Positions 19,220-28,578 of a stretch of DNA of 64,000 nucleotides are shown here, one piece after another; position 1 is the first letter of the stretch; every line of letters begins with the position of its first letter. The DNA comes from a virus: IMG/VR virus record IMGVR_UViG_3300028837_002886, positions 32,001-96,000 of that record. The stretch is one strand, 5' to 3'. The notes beneath the pieces were generated by a model. The model was not told the origin of the DNA. It made no database searches and saw nothing but the letters and a program-made list of their open reading frames with translations. The position numbers and the translations under genes were made by a program.

Positions 19220-20272
19220 TAGATCTCCGATTAGTTTTAGAAATAAACCCATGAGACTAAATACATATAGTGTCGCAAACATTACCGCATAATCCCTGCC
19301 CAAGGCCGACTCGAACCCCAAGAGCCCTAGCCCATCAAGAGAGAAAATTACTTCTATTAAAACAGAACCGGTGAATAGAACGCTTATAAATGCAGATGGA
19401 AACCCGGCAATAATAATCAACATGGCATTTCTAAACACGTGACCATAAAGAATTTTCTTCTGCTTGAGGCCTTTTGATTGAGCTGTGATTACATACTGCT
19501 TGCTTATTTCAGCCAAAAACGCGTTCTTTGTGAATATAGTAAGGCCTGCAAACCCGCCTATTGTCATCGCAAATATAGGTAGTACCAAATGCCAAAAGTA
19601 ATCGGCTATCTTCATGCCAAATGAAAAGGTGGCCCACCCATCTGAGACCAATCCTCTTAAAGGAAATATATTCAAAAAGCTCCCGCCAGAGAAGAGTATT
19701 ATCAACATAATGGCAAATAAGAAACTGGGTATTGCATAACCAATTGTTACAACAAATGAACTCCATAAATCGAATTTTGTTCCATCTCTTATTGCTTTCT
19801 TGATGCCTAGTGGAATTGAGATTAGATAAGTCAATAGCGTTGTCCATATACCCAACGAGATTGACACTGGCATTTTCTCTAAAACCAAATCAAGAACTTT
19901 TCTGTCTCTGTAATAGCTGGTTCCAAAATCAAACCTTATGTAATTCCACATCATAATAAAAAACCGTTTATAAAGTGGTTTATCAAAACCATACATCTCT
20001 TCAATTTCCATAATCAGTTCGGGATCCAATCCTTGAGCTCCTCGATACTTTGACTCCATCCCAACCTGCTTGTCTGTTTTTGTTTGACTAACCTCGCCAC
20101 CACCACCTTTCGTTATTCTTTCAGTAACTGCAACATCAACGCCTTTGAGCCGAGCAATCGTTTTTTCAACAGGACCACCTGGGGCCGATTGTATTATGAA
20201 AAAATTAATAATCATAATCCCAATTAGTGTAGGAATAATAAGACCCAAGCGTCTGAGGATATAGGATATCAC
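19169..20272 (-). CDS. yejB: Oligopeptide/microcin C ABC transporter permease YejB
   Basis: YILRRL...APGGPVE, YRGAQGLDPE, YGFDKP, HVFRNAMLIIIAGFP, DPRIDFE. Confidence 0.95.
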   Translation of the reverse strand: MISYILRRLGLIIPTLIGIMIINFFIIQSAPGGPVEKTIARLKGVDVAVTERITKGGGGEVSQTKTDKQVGMESKYRGAQGLDPELIMEIEEMYGFDKPLYKRFFIMMWNYIRFDFGTSYYRDRKVLDLVLEKMPVSISLGIWTTLLTYLISIPLGIKKAIRDGTKFDLWSSFVVTIGYAIPSFLFAIMLIILFSGGSFLNIFPLRGLVSDGWATFSFGMKIADYFWHLVLPIFAMTIGGFAGLTIFTKNAFLAEISKQYVITAQSKGLKQKKILYGHVFRNAMLIIIAGFPSAFISVLFTGSVLIEVIFSLDGLGLLGFESALGRDYAVMFATLYVFSLMGLFLKLIGDLMYMFIDPRIDFETREV

Positions 20273-20619
20273 TTCACAATCCTTGCTAAAAAGTCCCCAC
20301 CTATTATAATAACCCTATCGTCCTTAGTTCGAACAACCAGCACCCCACCATCTTCAAGCGACCAAGATTTACATGTTTCTATAACAGAGGCACTCCTGTA
20401 TGGTACATCAATATCAATCCAAGTTGTAGTCGCTACTCCGTCAATCACAACGGTGGGCTCGGTTAACATGGGCTCACTAACCTCTTGAGCCTGTGCCATT
20501 TCTGGTTGATCAAATTGAAGCCTACTTGCGATAAAGAGTACGGCGACAAAAACAAGAACCACAATAACAAAAATAATCACAAAACGTAAGGTTGTGGACA
20601 CACTTTTTAACCAACTCAT
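20269..20619 (-). CDS. Membrane-anchored hypothetical protein
   Basis: N-terminal TM. Confidence 0.6.
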   Translation of the reverse strand: MSWLKSVSTTLRFVIIFVIVVLVFVAVLFIASRLQFDQPEMAQAQEVSEPMLTEPTVVIDGVATTTWIDIDVPYRSASVIETCKSWSLEDGGVLVVRTKDDRVIIIGGDFLARIVK

Positions 20620-20632
20620 TTTTAAAAACCTC

Positions 20633-22210
20633 CTAAATTATATCAAATGCAGCCTTAACTAGAGCTTGTGTATATACGCTCTTTGGTTTCTCAAGGACCT
20701 CTCCAGCCTTGCCCTCCTCCATAACTACACCATCTTTAATAACGATAATCAAATGACTCATCGCCTTTACAACGCGAAGATCGTGACTTATAAATAAATA
20801 TGCCAGTTTATAGGTGCGCTGCAACTCTAATAAGAGATCTATCAGCTGATTTTGAATTGATCGATCCAAAGCTGATGTAGGCTCATCTAGAATTAAAAGT
20901 TTGGGTTTTAACACTAGCGCTCTAGCTATACATATGCGTTGTCTTTGACCTCCACTAAACTCGTGTGGATATCTATTTCGGATGTCTGGCTCCAAGCCTA
21001 CTTTGATTAAAGTTTGCCATACCATATCATTCCAACAACCCTTAATGTTGTGAGCGGATAATCCTTCTTCTATAATTTGGCCTACAGTTAAACGAGGGTT
21101 AAGGCTTGCGAAAGGATCTTGAAACACAATTTGAATTTCTTGTCTGTAAGGTCTCATTTCTCCACTTAGAAGATTGTTTAATTCTACGCCTTGAAACTTG
21201 ATCTGGCCTTTACTAGAAATCAATCTCAAAACCGCTAACCCAAACGAGGTTTTGCCCGATCCGCTTTCTCCAACCAAACCGACCGTCTCTCCCTCTTTGA
21301 TTTTAATCGTGATTCCATCAACAGCTTTCACATATCCTTTTACTTTCCTGAACATGCCTTTATATATAGGATAATGTACTTTAAGATCGTTGGTTTCTAA
21401 AACTAGTTTTTTCTTGGTAGTTTCTATAGGCTTTTGCTTTGGAATAGACGCAAGCAAATACTTTGTATATGAGTGTTGAGGATGTTTAAAAATACTAAGA
21501 TTATCCCCGCTTTCTACAATCTCCCCATCTTTCATTACGCCAATACGGTCAGCCATTTTTTCTACTATATAAAGATCGTGCGTGATTAACAACATTGACA
21601 TATGTAACTTGTCGCGAAGCTCTCTTATGAGCTTCAATATCTCTCGCTGTATCGTGACATCCAGAGCGGTTGTGGGTTCGTCTGCTATTAATAAATCTGG
21701 CTTGTTTGCGAGAGCTAAGGCTATCATAACTCGCTGTCTCTGACCGCCAGACAACTGGTGCGGAAATGAACTCAAGCGCTGCTCGGCATGATCTAGCTGA
21801 ACCTGATCCAACAACTCGATCGTTCTTGCCCTTCTTTCGCCCCCTGTTACATCTTGATGAAGATCGATAATCTCACCGATTTGCTTCTCGATTGTATGGA
21901 GAGGATTAAGCGATGTCATAGGCTCTTGGAATATTATAGAAACATCATTTCCTCTAATCTTTCTCAATCTCTCCTCGGAACATTCAAAAACATTGTTGTT
22001 CTTTAATATTATTGAGCCATCGTATCTCGTATAAGCAGGTAACAGTTGCATAATCGCATGAGCGGTGGCCGACTTACCTGCTCCACTTTCCCCTACGAGA
22101 GCAAAAGTTTCTCCTTTTTTAATGTCAAAAGAGACACCTCGGACAGCATCAATGCGCTGTTGAGGCATCTCAAACTTTACAAATAGATTCTTTATAGTGA
22201 GTAAGCTCAT
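20633..22210 (-). CDS. yejF: Dual-domain ABC transporter ATPase YejF
   Basis: Two Walker A motifs (GESGAGKS, GESGSGKT), two SGGQRQR, two DEPT; adjacent to yejB/E. Confidence 0.9.
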   Translation of the reverse strand: MSLLTIKNLFVKFEMPQQRIDAVRGVSFDIKKGETFALVGESGAGKSATAHAIMQLLPAYTRYDGSIILKNNNVFECSEERLRKIRGNDVSIIFQEPMTSLNPLHTIEKQIGEIIDLHQDVTGGERRARTIELLDQVQLDHAEQRLSSFPHQLSGGQRQRVMIALALANKPDLLIADEPTTALDVTIQREILKLIRELRDKLHMSMLLITHDLYIVEKMADRIGVMKDGEIVESGDNLSIFKHPQHSYTKYLLASIPKQKPIETTKKKLVLETNDLKVHYPIYKGMFRKVKGYVKAVDGITIKIKEGETVGLVGESGSGKTSFGLAVLRLISSKGQIKFQGVELNNLLSGEMRPYRQEIQIVFQDPFASLNPRLTVGQIIEEGLSAHNIKGCWNDMVWQTLIKVGLEPDIRNRYPHEFSGGQRQRICIARALVLKPKLLILDEPTSALDRSIQNQLIDLLLELQRTYKLAYLFISHDLRVVKAMSHLIIVIKDGVVMEEGKAGEVLEKPKSVYTQALVKAAFDII

Positions 22211-22235
22211 AATAACCTTGAGGGGTCAGTTACAT

Positions 22236-23324
22236 TTACCAGCGCTTTTTAAGTGTATGCGTGAGAACCTCGCACCCGCCCTTTGTTACAAGAATGTCAT
22301 CCTCAAGACGAACCCCATAATCACCAGGTAAATAGATACCTGGTTCTACTGTTAAAACCATGTTTTCTTCAAACACGTCAGGATATTGGCTGTCATGAAT
22401 GTCAAGCCCAATACCATGCCCAAGTCCATGAATCCAGCTGTTCTTATATCTCCCATATCCAGTTGTTATTTTCTTCGCCTCTTTTATTACATCTTCCGAC
22501 TTAATCCCAGGTTTAATCATGCTAATGGCAAGCAGCTGCGCTTCAAGAACTTTATTGTACATATGTTTTTTCCATCGATCTGGAGTTCCCATAAAATATA
22601 CCTGAGTAATATCAGACTTGTAGCCCTCGACCTCAGCACCAAAATCAATGAGTACTACATCATCTTTCATTAGGGTGGTGGTTCCAGAAGAGTGGTGAGG
22701 TACACTGGTATTCTTTTCAAAGGCCACGATGGTAGAGAACGCAGGATCATCTGAACCCATCTTCTTCATATGATACTCCACCTCGGCCGCTAAATCCATC
22801 TCGCTCATTCCCTCATGTAAAAATGTAGGTAATATTACAGTTAGTCTACTAACTATTTCGCATGCGCGTTTTATTTTATCTATCTCATCCGGAGATTTGA
22901 TACTTCTGCGCTTTGCAAAAAGATCCGTTACATCGAAAATTGAGTTACGAGCTACAAAGATTTCCTCTATTGTACGATAAGAGCTGTGTAAAAGAGAGCC
23001 AAAGCAAAGTCCTATCTTATAGAACTTTGGGAGGATTTTCTTAAGCATTTCATCTCGCTCTTGTATTTTACTCCAAACTACAAATTCGTCATAGCTTGCC
23101 TGGCGTCGATTTAGCTCTTGATCTCGACTTGGTGAAAATAATGTAATCTTCCCGCTTTTCTCCAGGAGTACTGCAGCCCCCTCGCTTTTGGAGGAAGTAA
23201 AGCCCGTTACATACGTGAGATTCTTATCTACAATCATATCGCTCCAGAGAAATATTGCGTCACAGTTGCCTGGCATTCCGTCTATGATATTCTTAATCCT
23301 CGGTTTACACTCGTCTTTAATCAC
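22236..23324 (-). CDS. Xaa-Pro aminopeptidase/dipeptidase (M24B)
   Basis: PHH, IDFG, SDIT, HGLGHGIGLDIHD, VEPGIY, GVRLED. Confidence 0.92.
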   Translation of the reverse strand: MIKDECKPRIKNIIDGMPGNCDAIFLWSDMIVDKNLTYVTGFTSSKSEGAAVLLEKSGKITLFSPSRDQELNRRQASYDEFVVWSKIQERDEMLKKILPKFYKIGLCFGSLLHSSYRTIEEIFVARNSIFDVTDLFAKRRSIKSPDEIDKIKRACEIVSRLTVILPTFLHEGMSEMDLAAEVEYHMKKMGSDDPAFSTIVAFEKNTSVPHHSSGTTTLMKDDVVLIDFGAEVEGYKSDITQVYFMGTPDRWKKHMYNKVLEAQLLAISMIKPGIKSEDVIKEAKKITTGYGRYKNSWIHGLGHGIGLDIHDSQYPDVFEENMVLTVEPGIYLPGDYGVRLEDDILVTKGGCEVLTHTLKKRW

Positions 23325-23336
23325 ATGCCGATCCTT

Positions 23337-24359
23337 TTAAACAGATTTTACTTGCTCATCAAGATAACTAAATACGTTTTCGGACTTTACAACATGATGA
23401 TTTATTTCAATCTTGTCCAAATCGTGTGCTGTTATAAAATCAAATATGAAGTCCTTTTGTCTGTTGGAAAAGTCGCCATCTAAATTATACATTCTAAAGG
23501 ATGAAATCTTAACCCAGTTCTGTCGTTCTAAATCGTTCTCCTGTGTGACGTTTTCCACAATTCCCTCTTCTGCTAATGCTTCCATAAGAACAATGTGTCC
23601 CATATAAGGACAAGGATAAAAATCTCCATCGGGGCTAAGCCATCCAGAAGAAGAATCTTTCGGTTTTCCCTTTGTTGCTCCAAGGCTATCTATTTTTGTT
23701 TCATTTTCGATAAACTCATCTGTCGTCCTGGGGCCGGCCGCTATGCTCTCGTTAAGCTTTCTTATTGATGCATCAAAAAGCGTTTTTGCGTTTTGAGCAT
23801 CTAGATCGTCTTTTATATAACTCGCATCTTTGCTGAACTCGGCATTTCTTAACGCCTCTTCGACTTTGTTTTCAAAATCCGTAATGGATCTGTTTGATAT
23901 GTTATAAAGAAACATTAAATTTCTCAAATATTCAAATGTTTTTTTCTCCATACTCAAGGCGGCGTTTTTGGCTTCTGTTTGTGTATCAAGTATTCCAACT
24001 CCCCGACCAAGACCAAGATATTTAATCATGTTGTTTCTAAGGGTGAGATCATATTTAAGTTTATCGGTCCTTAGCTCGATATATTTCTTTTCGAACCAGT
24101 CCATCATCTCATCAGTAGTGATTCCCTTGTAATTGTCGGTTTCTGAATAAAGATTTGGATCGTTGCGAGTATCTCCACCTAGTTTCATGCGGCCTTCGAA
24201 CAAACTAATAGCTTGTTCTTCATTCATTCCCAGACCCTCTTTTGCTGTTTTAAAAGCATGTATACAACTTCTTTCTTCCCAGAGATCCCTCATAATTTTA
24301 GTCAGGTGTTCTCCGGTTGTCCAGAATGTTAAGCTTTGATCCTTCATTTGTTTATCCAT
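23337..24359 (-). CDS. Hypothetical phage protein
   Basis: 340-aa ORF with GWLSPDGDFYPC...H motif. Confidence 0.7.
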   Translation of the reverse strand: MDKQMKDQSLTFWTTGEHLTKIMRDLWEERSCIHAFKTAKEGLGMNEEQAISLFEGRMKLGGDTRNDPNLYSETDNYKGITTDEMMDWFEKKYIELRTDKLKYDLTLRNNMIKYLGLGRGVGILDTQTEAKNAALSMEKKTFEYLRNLMFLYNISNRSITDFENKVEEALRNAEFSKDASYIKDDLDAQNAKTLFDASIRKLNESIAAGPRTTDEFIENETKIDSLGATKGKPKDSSSGWLSPDGDFYPCPYMGHIVLMEALAEEGIVENVTQENDLERQNWVKISSFRMYNLDGDFSNRQKDFIFDFITAHDLDKIEINHHVVKSENVFSYLDEQVKSV

Positions 24360-24631
24360 TAGATACTGAGCTCCTCGTAATCCTTAGTGTACAGTTTTTC
24401 GTTTATTTTTTCAATGGCATAATGTTTTGCGTCCCAAGAATCATGAAAATCTTTGACCTTAACCTGGAGTTTTTTATTCAGCTCTATACGCCCCCACTTG
24501 GTGATCACCTGATTGCCTTTTACCGAAACCATCCAAACCTTGTAATGGTTGTCGCTGGTACAGAAAAAAACTCTTTCATCACACTCTTTTGTGAGCATAT
24601 ATCTCGCGAGCTCAGAGTTTTTAAGTTCCAC
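24359..24631 (-). CDS. WGR-domain protein with N-terminal ARYML tag
   Basis: NHYKVW...VITKWGRI...KINEKLYTKDY. Confidence 0.7.
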   Translation of the reverse strand: MELKNSELARYMLTKECDERVFFCTSDNHYKVWMVSVKGNQVITKWGRIELNKKLQVKVKDFHDSWDAKHYAIEKINEKLYTKDYEELSI

Positions 24632-24866
24632 TCAACTCCTCCCTCAAAGCTTTTAACTCTTTATAGTGTTCGCATGTTCTAGTCGTTGGCACATCAGACA
24701 CACGTCTCTCGAGTGTTCTCTTTCGATCTGGTTCCCGGTATTCTGGAACGCACCAAACAGGGTAGCCGGAATCCATAATACTCCCCCGAGTTCGCCATCC
24801 ACACGTCTCACAGTTTTTAAGTAAAAGCCCCTTGGCTATTTCTGCTTTGGCTGAAACCATTCGCAT
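24621..24866 (-). CDS. Small Cys-rich protein, AKxLL family
   Basis: KAEIAKGLLLKNCETC. Confidence 0.7.
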   Translation of the reverse strand: MRMVSAKAEIAKGLLLKNCETCGWRTRGSIMDSGYPVWCVPEYREPDRKRTLERRVSDVPTTRTCEHYKELKALREELSGT

Positions 24867-25084
24867 TTCCCATCGTGGTTCAGGATTTCATCACAAGTCC
24901 CGGCATGTTCCAACTTCAAACGTTTGTATTTCTTTTTCCGCAATATTCTTTTTCTGCCAGGAAGCTTGCAAAAAGAAAATCCGTAATCCAATCCCATGGT
25001 GAAAATATAATGCCGGCATCCTTCGCATGAGTGAATATCTCTTCCCAACAGAAGATTTTTGGCTTCTGCCGACTTATAATCCAT
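24836..25084 (-). CDS. Small Cys-rich protein, AKxLL family
   Basis: KSAEAKNLLLGRDIHSCEGC. Confidence 0.7.
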   Translation of the reverse strand: MDYKSAEAKNLLLGRDIHSCEGCRHYIFTMGLDYGFSFCKLPGRKRILRKKKYKRLKLEHAGTCDEILNHDGKCEWFQPKQK

Positions 25085-25271
25085 TGTATATATCTATGCT
25101 TCAGGGTAATCAGAGCCCATATTCATGAGTTCAGAAGGTCTTATGGCGCCCGCGACATAAAGCAAATGAGCCAAGTCTTTAGACAGACAGTCTTTACAGT
25201 TATTTGGGTAACAGTTACAGAAAGCCTTGCAGCCACTATCTACCAACATTGGTTTGTGTAGTATATAAGGA

Positions 25272-25613
25272 TTATTCATTGGAACTCCCTAGAAGTGATT
25301 TTGCTGTGTTTCTTTTTTCGATTTGTTTTTCGTTGGCTATGTCAGCAAGCTGTTTAGAGTATTTCACTATAAGATTACGACCTTTTTCAATATGCTCGCT
25401 GGTGAGATGTCGGCCATTTTTGAGCCATTCTGCATAATAACTGCCGCGCTTGGCATCAAAAGCACTAAAACCGACCCCATTGCTATATAGAGTGGATTCA
25501 GCAACTTGCTCGGAAACTGCTTGTTTGCCGTAAATGGCCAGTATTCCTCTTTCAACAGCCTTGTCTGATTTTGATAGTAACTCTTTGATTTCTTCTTTGG
25601 TATAAGTTTTCAT
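25272..25613 (-). CDS. Hypothetical phage protein with C-terminal AKSLL
   Basis: First gene behind the 25648 promoter. Confidence 0.75.
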   Translation of the reverse strand: MKTYTKEEIKELLSKSDKAVERGILAIYGKQAVSEQVAESTLYSNGVGFSAFDAKRGSYYAEWLKNGRHLTSEHIEKGRNLIVKYSKQLADIANEKQIEKRNTAKSLLGSSNE

Positions 25614-25619
25614 GATATA

Positions 25620-25648
25620 AGTATATCACAGTTAGGGAGGTTTGTAAA
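25620..25648 (-). promoter_or_regulatory. Sigma70-type promoter TTTACA-N17-(TGa)TATACT, leaderless
   Basis: 17-bp spacer; ATG 6 nt after the -10 box. Confidence 0.8.
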
Positions 25649-25675
25649 GTTAAAAAACGGTGTGACTTTCATTTG

Positions 25676-25875
25676 TCAGAACGTAAAGCCATAGAAGTGC
25701 TTCGTTCTTCGTGTGGCCTCTTCGAGTGCCTCCTTGTGAGTCATACCGTGTTTTGATTCCAAATGAGTCGTGGTTCTGTGTATCATGCCATCAAACTCGC
25801 ATATGACGAGTCTATTTTTTCGCCTTTAAGAAGCTGCTTGGCATAATCCCGTCGGAGTTTCTTGTTGCCGCTCAC
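25676..25875 (-). pseudogene. Frameshifted AKxLL protein with MucR/C2H2-like segment
   Basis: GTG...YAKQLLKGEK then an A6 run; adding one A gives NRLVICEFDG...THLESKHGMTHKE. Confidence 0.45.
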
Positions 25876-26066
25876 TCGTACCATTTATCTATCTCATCGA
25901 ACCAGTATGAGACTTCAGGTTCGTTAATATATTCCAGAAGCAGTTTGTCGGCTTTTACGTGATCTTCAACAACATGGCTGCTGTTGATTGCCACGTCTTT
26001 TAATTCAGCTATCAATCTCTTTATTCGATCGGTCAGAAGATATTTCGCGAACTGGGGCTTTGTCAT
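25872..26066 (-). CDS. Small protein, AKxLL family
   Basis: MTKPQFAKYLLT. Confidence 0.65.
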   Translation of the reverse strand: MTKPQFAKYLLTDRIKRLIAELKDVAINSSHVVEDHVKADKLLLEYINEPEVSYWFDEIDKWYE

Positions 26067-26187
26067 TTCTCAGCCACCTTTCTATAAAAGTTCCCATTGA
26101 GACTTTTTTTTCTTCTAAAAGAAGACGCTTGGCTACCTCTTTTCTGTACCAAACATCAAAGTCGTCGAAGTTTCTGATCTTGTTCAA
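26005..26187 (-). CDS. Small protein, AKxLL family
   Basis: RKEVAKRLLLE. Confidence 0.55.
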   Translation of the reverse strand: MNKIRNFDDFDVWYRKEVAKRLLLEEKKVSMGTFIERWLRNDKAPVREISSDRSNKEIDS

Positions 26188-26332
26188 TTTTAGTATGCCT
26201 TTTCTCTTCGTCTATTTTGACACGCATCTGCCAGGCATCTCCAATAAGCCTAAAAAGGTACTTTGTTTTTAATGGCTTCTTGAGAAAAGCCTTGGCCCAT
26301 ACTGCTTTGCTTTTACGACTGAGTTCTTTCAT
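26156..26332 (-). CDS. Small protein, AKxLL family (58 aa)
   Basis: Translated by hand: MKELSRKSKAVWAKAFLKKP... Confidence 0.55.
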   Translation of the reverse strand: MKELSRKSKAVWAKAFLKKPLKTKYLFRLIGDAWQMRVKIDEEKRHTKIEQDQKLRRL

Positions 26333-26753
26333 ATATTTTTTCTATCTCAATTTTGGCTTTTTTTAACAGCGGCTTTTGATACGTATAAGCCATTTCTACA
26401 GCTTGATCCACCGGGTAGAACTTGGAAACATCAACCTCGCTCTTATCATATCCAACAGTGTGCTTTTTGTCATCTATCTGACCGGCCTTTACTTTGGCGA
26501 GATATGCATGAACTCGCTTTTTCTTGCCATAGTGCCTGTCAACGTGCCCGAGATATTTGATGATCTCGGGGGTGATGCCAGTTTCTTCCTTGGTTTCTCT
26601 TATGGCGGTTTGTTCTAACTTTTCGCCGCGGTCAATATTGCCTTTAGGAAATCCGAATCGTTTTATCTTCCAGTTGCCCGCTCCATGTACCATGAGAATG
26701 TGCGGAACTCCATCATAATCCTGTACAACAATACAGCCAGATGATTCTTCCAT
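26313..26753 (-). CDS. NUDIX hydrolase (Ap4A hydrolase-like)
   Basis: FPKGNIDRGEKLEQTAIRETKEETGI. Confidence 0.92.
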   Translation of the reverse strand: MEESSGCIVVQDYDGVPHILMVHGAGNWKIKRFGFPKGNIDRGEKLEQTAIRETKEETGITPEIIKYLGHVDRHYGKKKRVHAYLAKVKAGQIDDKKHTVGYDKSEVDVSKFYPVDQAVEMAYTYQKPLLKKAKIEIEKIYERTQS

Positions 26754-26764
26754 TAGTGTTATCC

Positions 26765-26977
26765 TTAGTAATCTATGTCTTCAATGGCGCCGAATATTCC
26801 CATGATTCTCAACACGACGAATAAAACGAAGACGAGAAACACCATGGGTATCAGCATAATAAATCCAAATGAGCACCTCGCGGTTGTTTTTATACCTTTA
26901 CGAATCGGCCTGGGTTTTACCCAGTTCGGATTTTTCAAAAGGTTCTTCGCTACGAATACTTTTCTATTTCTTCTCAC
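26765..26977 (-). CDS. Small membrane protein, AKxLL family
   Basis: KVFVAKNLLKNP plus C-terminal TM. Confidence 0.65.
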   Translation of the reverse strand: MRRNRKVFVAKNLLKNPNWVKPRPIRKGIKTTARCSFGFIMLIPMVFLVFVLFVVLRIMGIFGAIEDIDY

Positions 26978-27334
26978 TTGTCTTTCTTTATATGAACCGC
27001 GAGTCCTTTGTTTCTGGGTGCATCTTCTACATCCTTTACTATCCGCTCAAGTTCGGTTACAAATTCCTCATAATGAAACATCTGTAAACTTCTATCTCCT
27101 TCTGCATCTTGAATTTTCCATTTCAATTCGGCTATCTTTTCTGCTATCCATGTATCCACCTCATCGGCTATATACATATCCGTATATGGATTCCCAATTC
27201 CCAAAATTATCTTTGCATTATACCGCTTCATCCTCTCCCCCCAACTTCGCTACGAATACTTTTCTATTTCTTCTCACTTGTCTTTCTTTATATGAACCGT
27301 GAGCCCTTTGTTTCTGGGTGCATCTTCTCCATCC
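26945..27334. repeat. 90-bp direct repeat (26945-27034 and 27245-27334, 3 mismatches) flanking one small gene
   Basis: Copies are exactly 300 bp apart and duplicate the VWA gene end plus the next gene start. Confidence 0.95.
26974..27231 (-). CDS. Chimeric small protein ending in the duplicated VWA C-terminus
   Basis: Starts MKRYNAKIILG, ends EDAPRNKGLAVHIKKDK. Confidence 0.65.
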   Translation of the reverse strand: MKRYNAKIILGIGNPYTDMYIADEVDTWIAEKIAELKWKIQDAEGDRSLQMFHYEEFVTELERIVKDVEDAPRNKGLAVHIKKDK

Positions 27335-28578
27335 GAGGGAGTGCACCAAATACAACGGATGTTATGAATCTCAAAGTTCCAGTCAGCCCACAGGTCAGTG
27401 AAATACACGAGAAGCGCTTTATCTTTTTTGTGCTCTTTCATCCAATCAAACACAGGACCGAATGATGTACCGCCGCGACCGTGAAGTTCTATCTTCTTGT
27501 AATCTCCGCGACGATATTTGTAATACACCTTGTTGATTTGAGTATCACACTCAAGGATAGTAAGCCTGTCCTTGTCCTTGGCTATTGTTTCGATTTCTTT
27601 GAAGAACATCTGGAAATATTCCTGGTCAATGGAACCAGACGTATCAACAGCCACAACCAGTTCGTTGTGAGGCCGTTTATATCCAGGCAGTGGAAGCTGT
27701 CGCCGGTTTCTCTTGTTCCAGGTTCGGAAACGAACCGGGCCTTTGCCCCATGTCCAGTTGTTTGTGTATTTTCGTAGTAGCTGTTTCCAGTTTAGAGCTT
27801 TATCCCTGGTAAGCTCATCCAGTTTTTCAACCATTTCACCAGACATTGAACCCCAACTACGCATCCTGGCGCTTTTGACGATCTCTTCGACGACCTTTTT
27901 ATCCATCTCAGTCATCTGCTTCTGTATCCAATCGTGTACATCCATCTGCTTGAACATCTTTTTTAGAGGAGATTCGTCATCTCCACCACCTTTGCCTTTT
28001 CCATCTTGGTCTTGATCTCCCTGTCCATCTTGATCTCCCTGTCCACCTTTTCCATCACCAGGACCTTTAAGGCCAGCTTGCTGCATTTCCGAGCCGTATT
28101 TTTGTTTATACTGCTCATACTTTTTCAGCAACCATTCGTACAGAGGTTCAGAAATCTTTTCTCCTTGATAGCCTTCATCTACAGCATGAGAGAAGTATGT
28201 TCCCTGATCCCAGCACTTGATCGGCCGGCCGGCTATTTTGAGAGTGGTAATGCTATCGTTGATAATCATATCGGCTGCGATGTTCCACACCATTTTTTCT
28301 GGCATGGCTCGCTCCGTATGAAGGGAAATTACGTGCATGATCTCATGGATCATGACAAACTCAAGGATATCACTCGGGCATTTATTGACAAATTCTTTAT
28401 CGTAATACAGGTTCAGGCGTCCCTTTTCAACGCCAACACCCATTGTGGGCATCGGCAATTCGCCTGGGCCGCACTCGTGATAGTAAAACCTAAGAGTGAA
28501 CTCAGAGAAGAAAGGGGCCTCTTGAACCCACTTTGTTGAAATGATTTCAATCTTCCTGGGTATTCTGGCCCGCTTCAT
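27274..28578 (-). CDS. HExxH metallopeptidase-like + VWA domain protein (DUF2201 type)
   Basis: HEIMH, NIAADMIIN, Gly/Gln linker, MIDAS DTSGS, GGGT, YFTD. Confidence 0.9.
   Translation of the reverse strand: MKRARIPRKIEIISTKWVQEAPFFSEFTLRFYYHECGPGELPMPTMGVGVEKGRLNLYYDKEFVNKCPSDILEFVMIHEIMHVISLHTERAMPEKMVWNIAADMIINDSITTLKIAGRPIKCWDQGTYFSHAVDEGYQGEKISEPLYEWLLKKYEQYKQKYGSEMQQAGLKGPGDGKGGQGDQDGQGDQDQDGKGKGGGDDESPLKKMFKQMDVHDWIQKQMTEMDKKVVEEIVKSARMRSWGSMSGEMVEKLDELTRDKALNWKQLLRKYTNNWTWGKGPVRFRTWNKRNRRQLPLPGYKRPHNELVVAVDTSGSIDQEYFQMFFKEIETIAKDKDRLTILECDTQINKVYYKYRRGDYKKIELHGRGGTSFGPVFDWMKEHKKDKALLVYFTDLWADWNFEIHNIRCIWCTPSDGEDAPRNKGLTVHIKKDK

Noticed and set aside
16868-23324. Host chromosomal fragment or prophage boundary
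   Set aside because: The transporter genes are reordered and interleaved with overlapping phage-type ORFs; no integrase or run of housekeeping genes.
26945-27334. Diversity-generating retroelement TR/VR pair
   Set aside because: Only three mismatches, no consistent adenine bias and no reverse transcriptase in the window.
27985-28060. Short tandem repeat (GATCTCCCTGTCCA-like)
   Set aside because: Encodes the low-complexity GQGDQD linker of the VWA protein.
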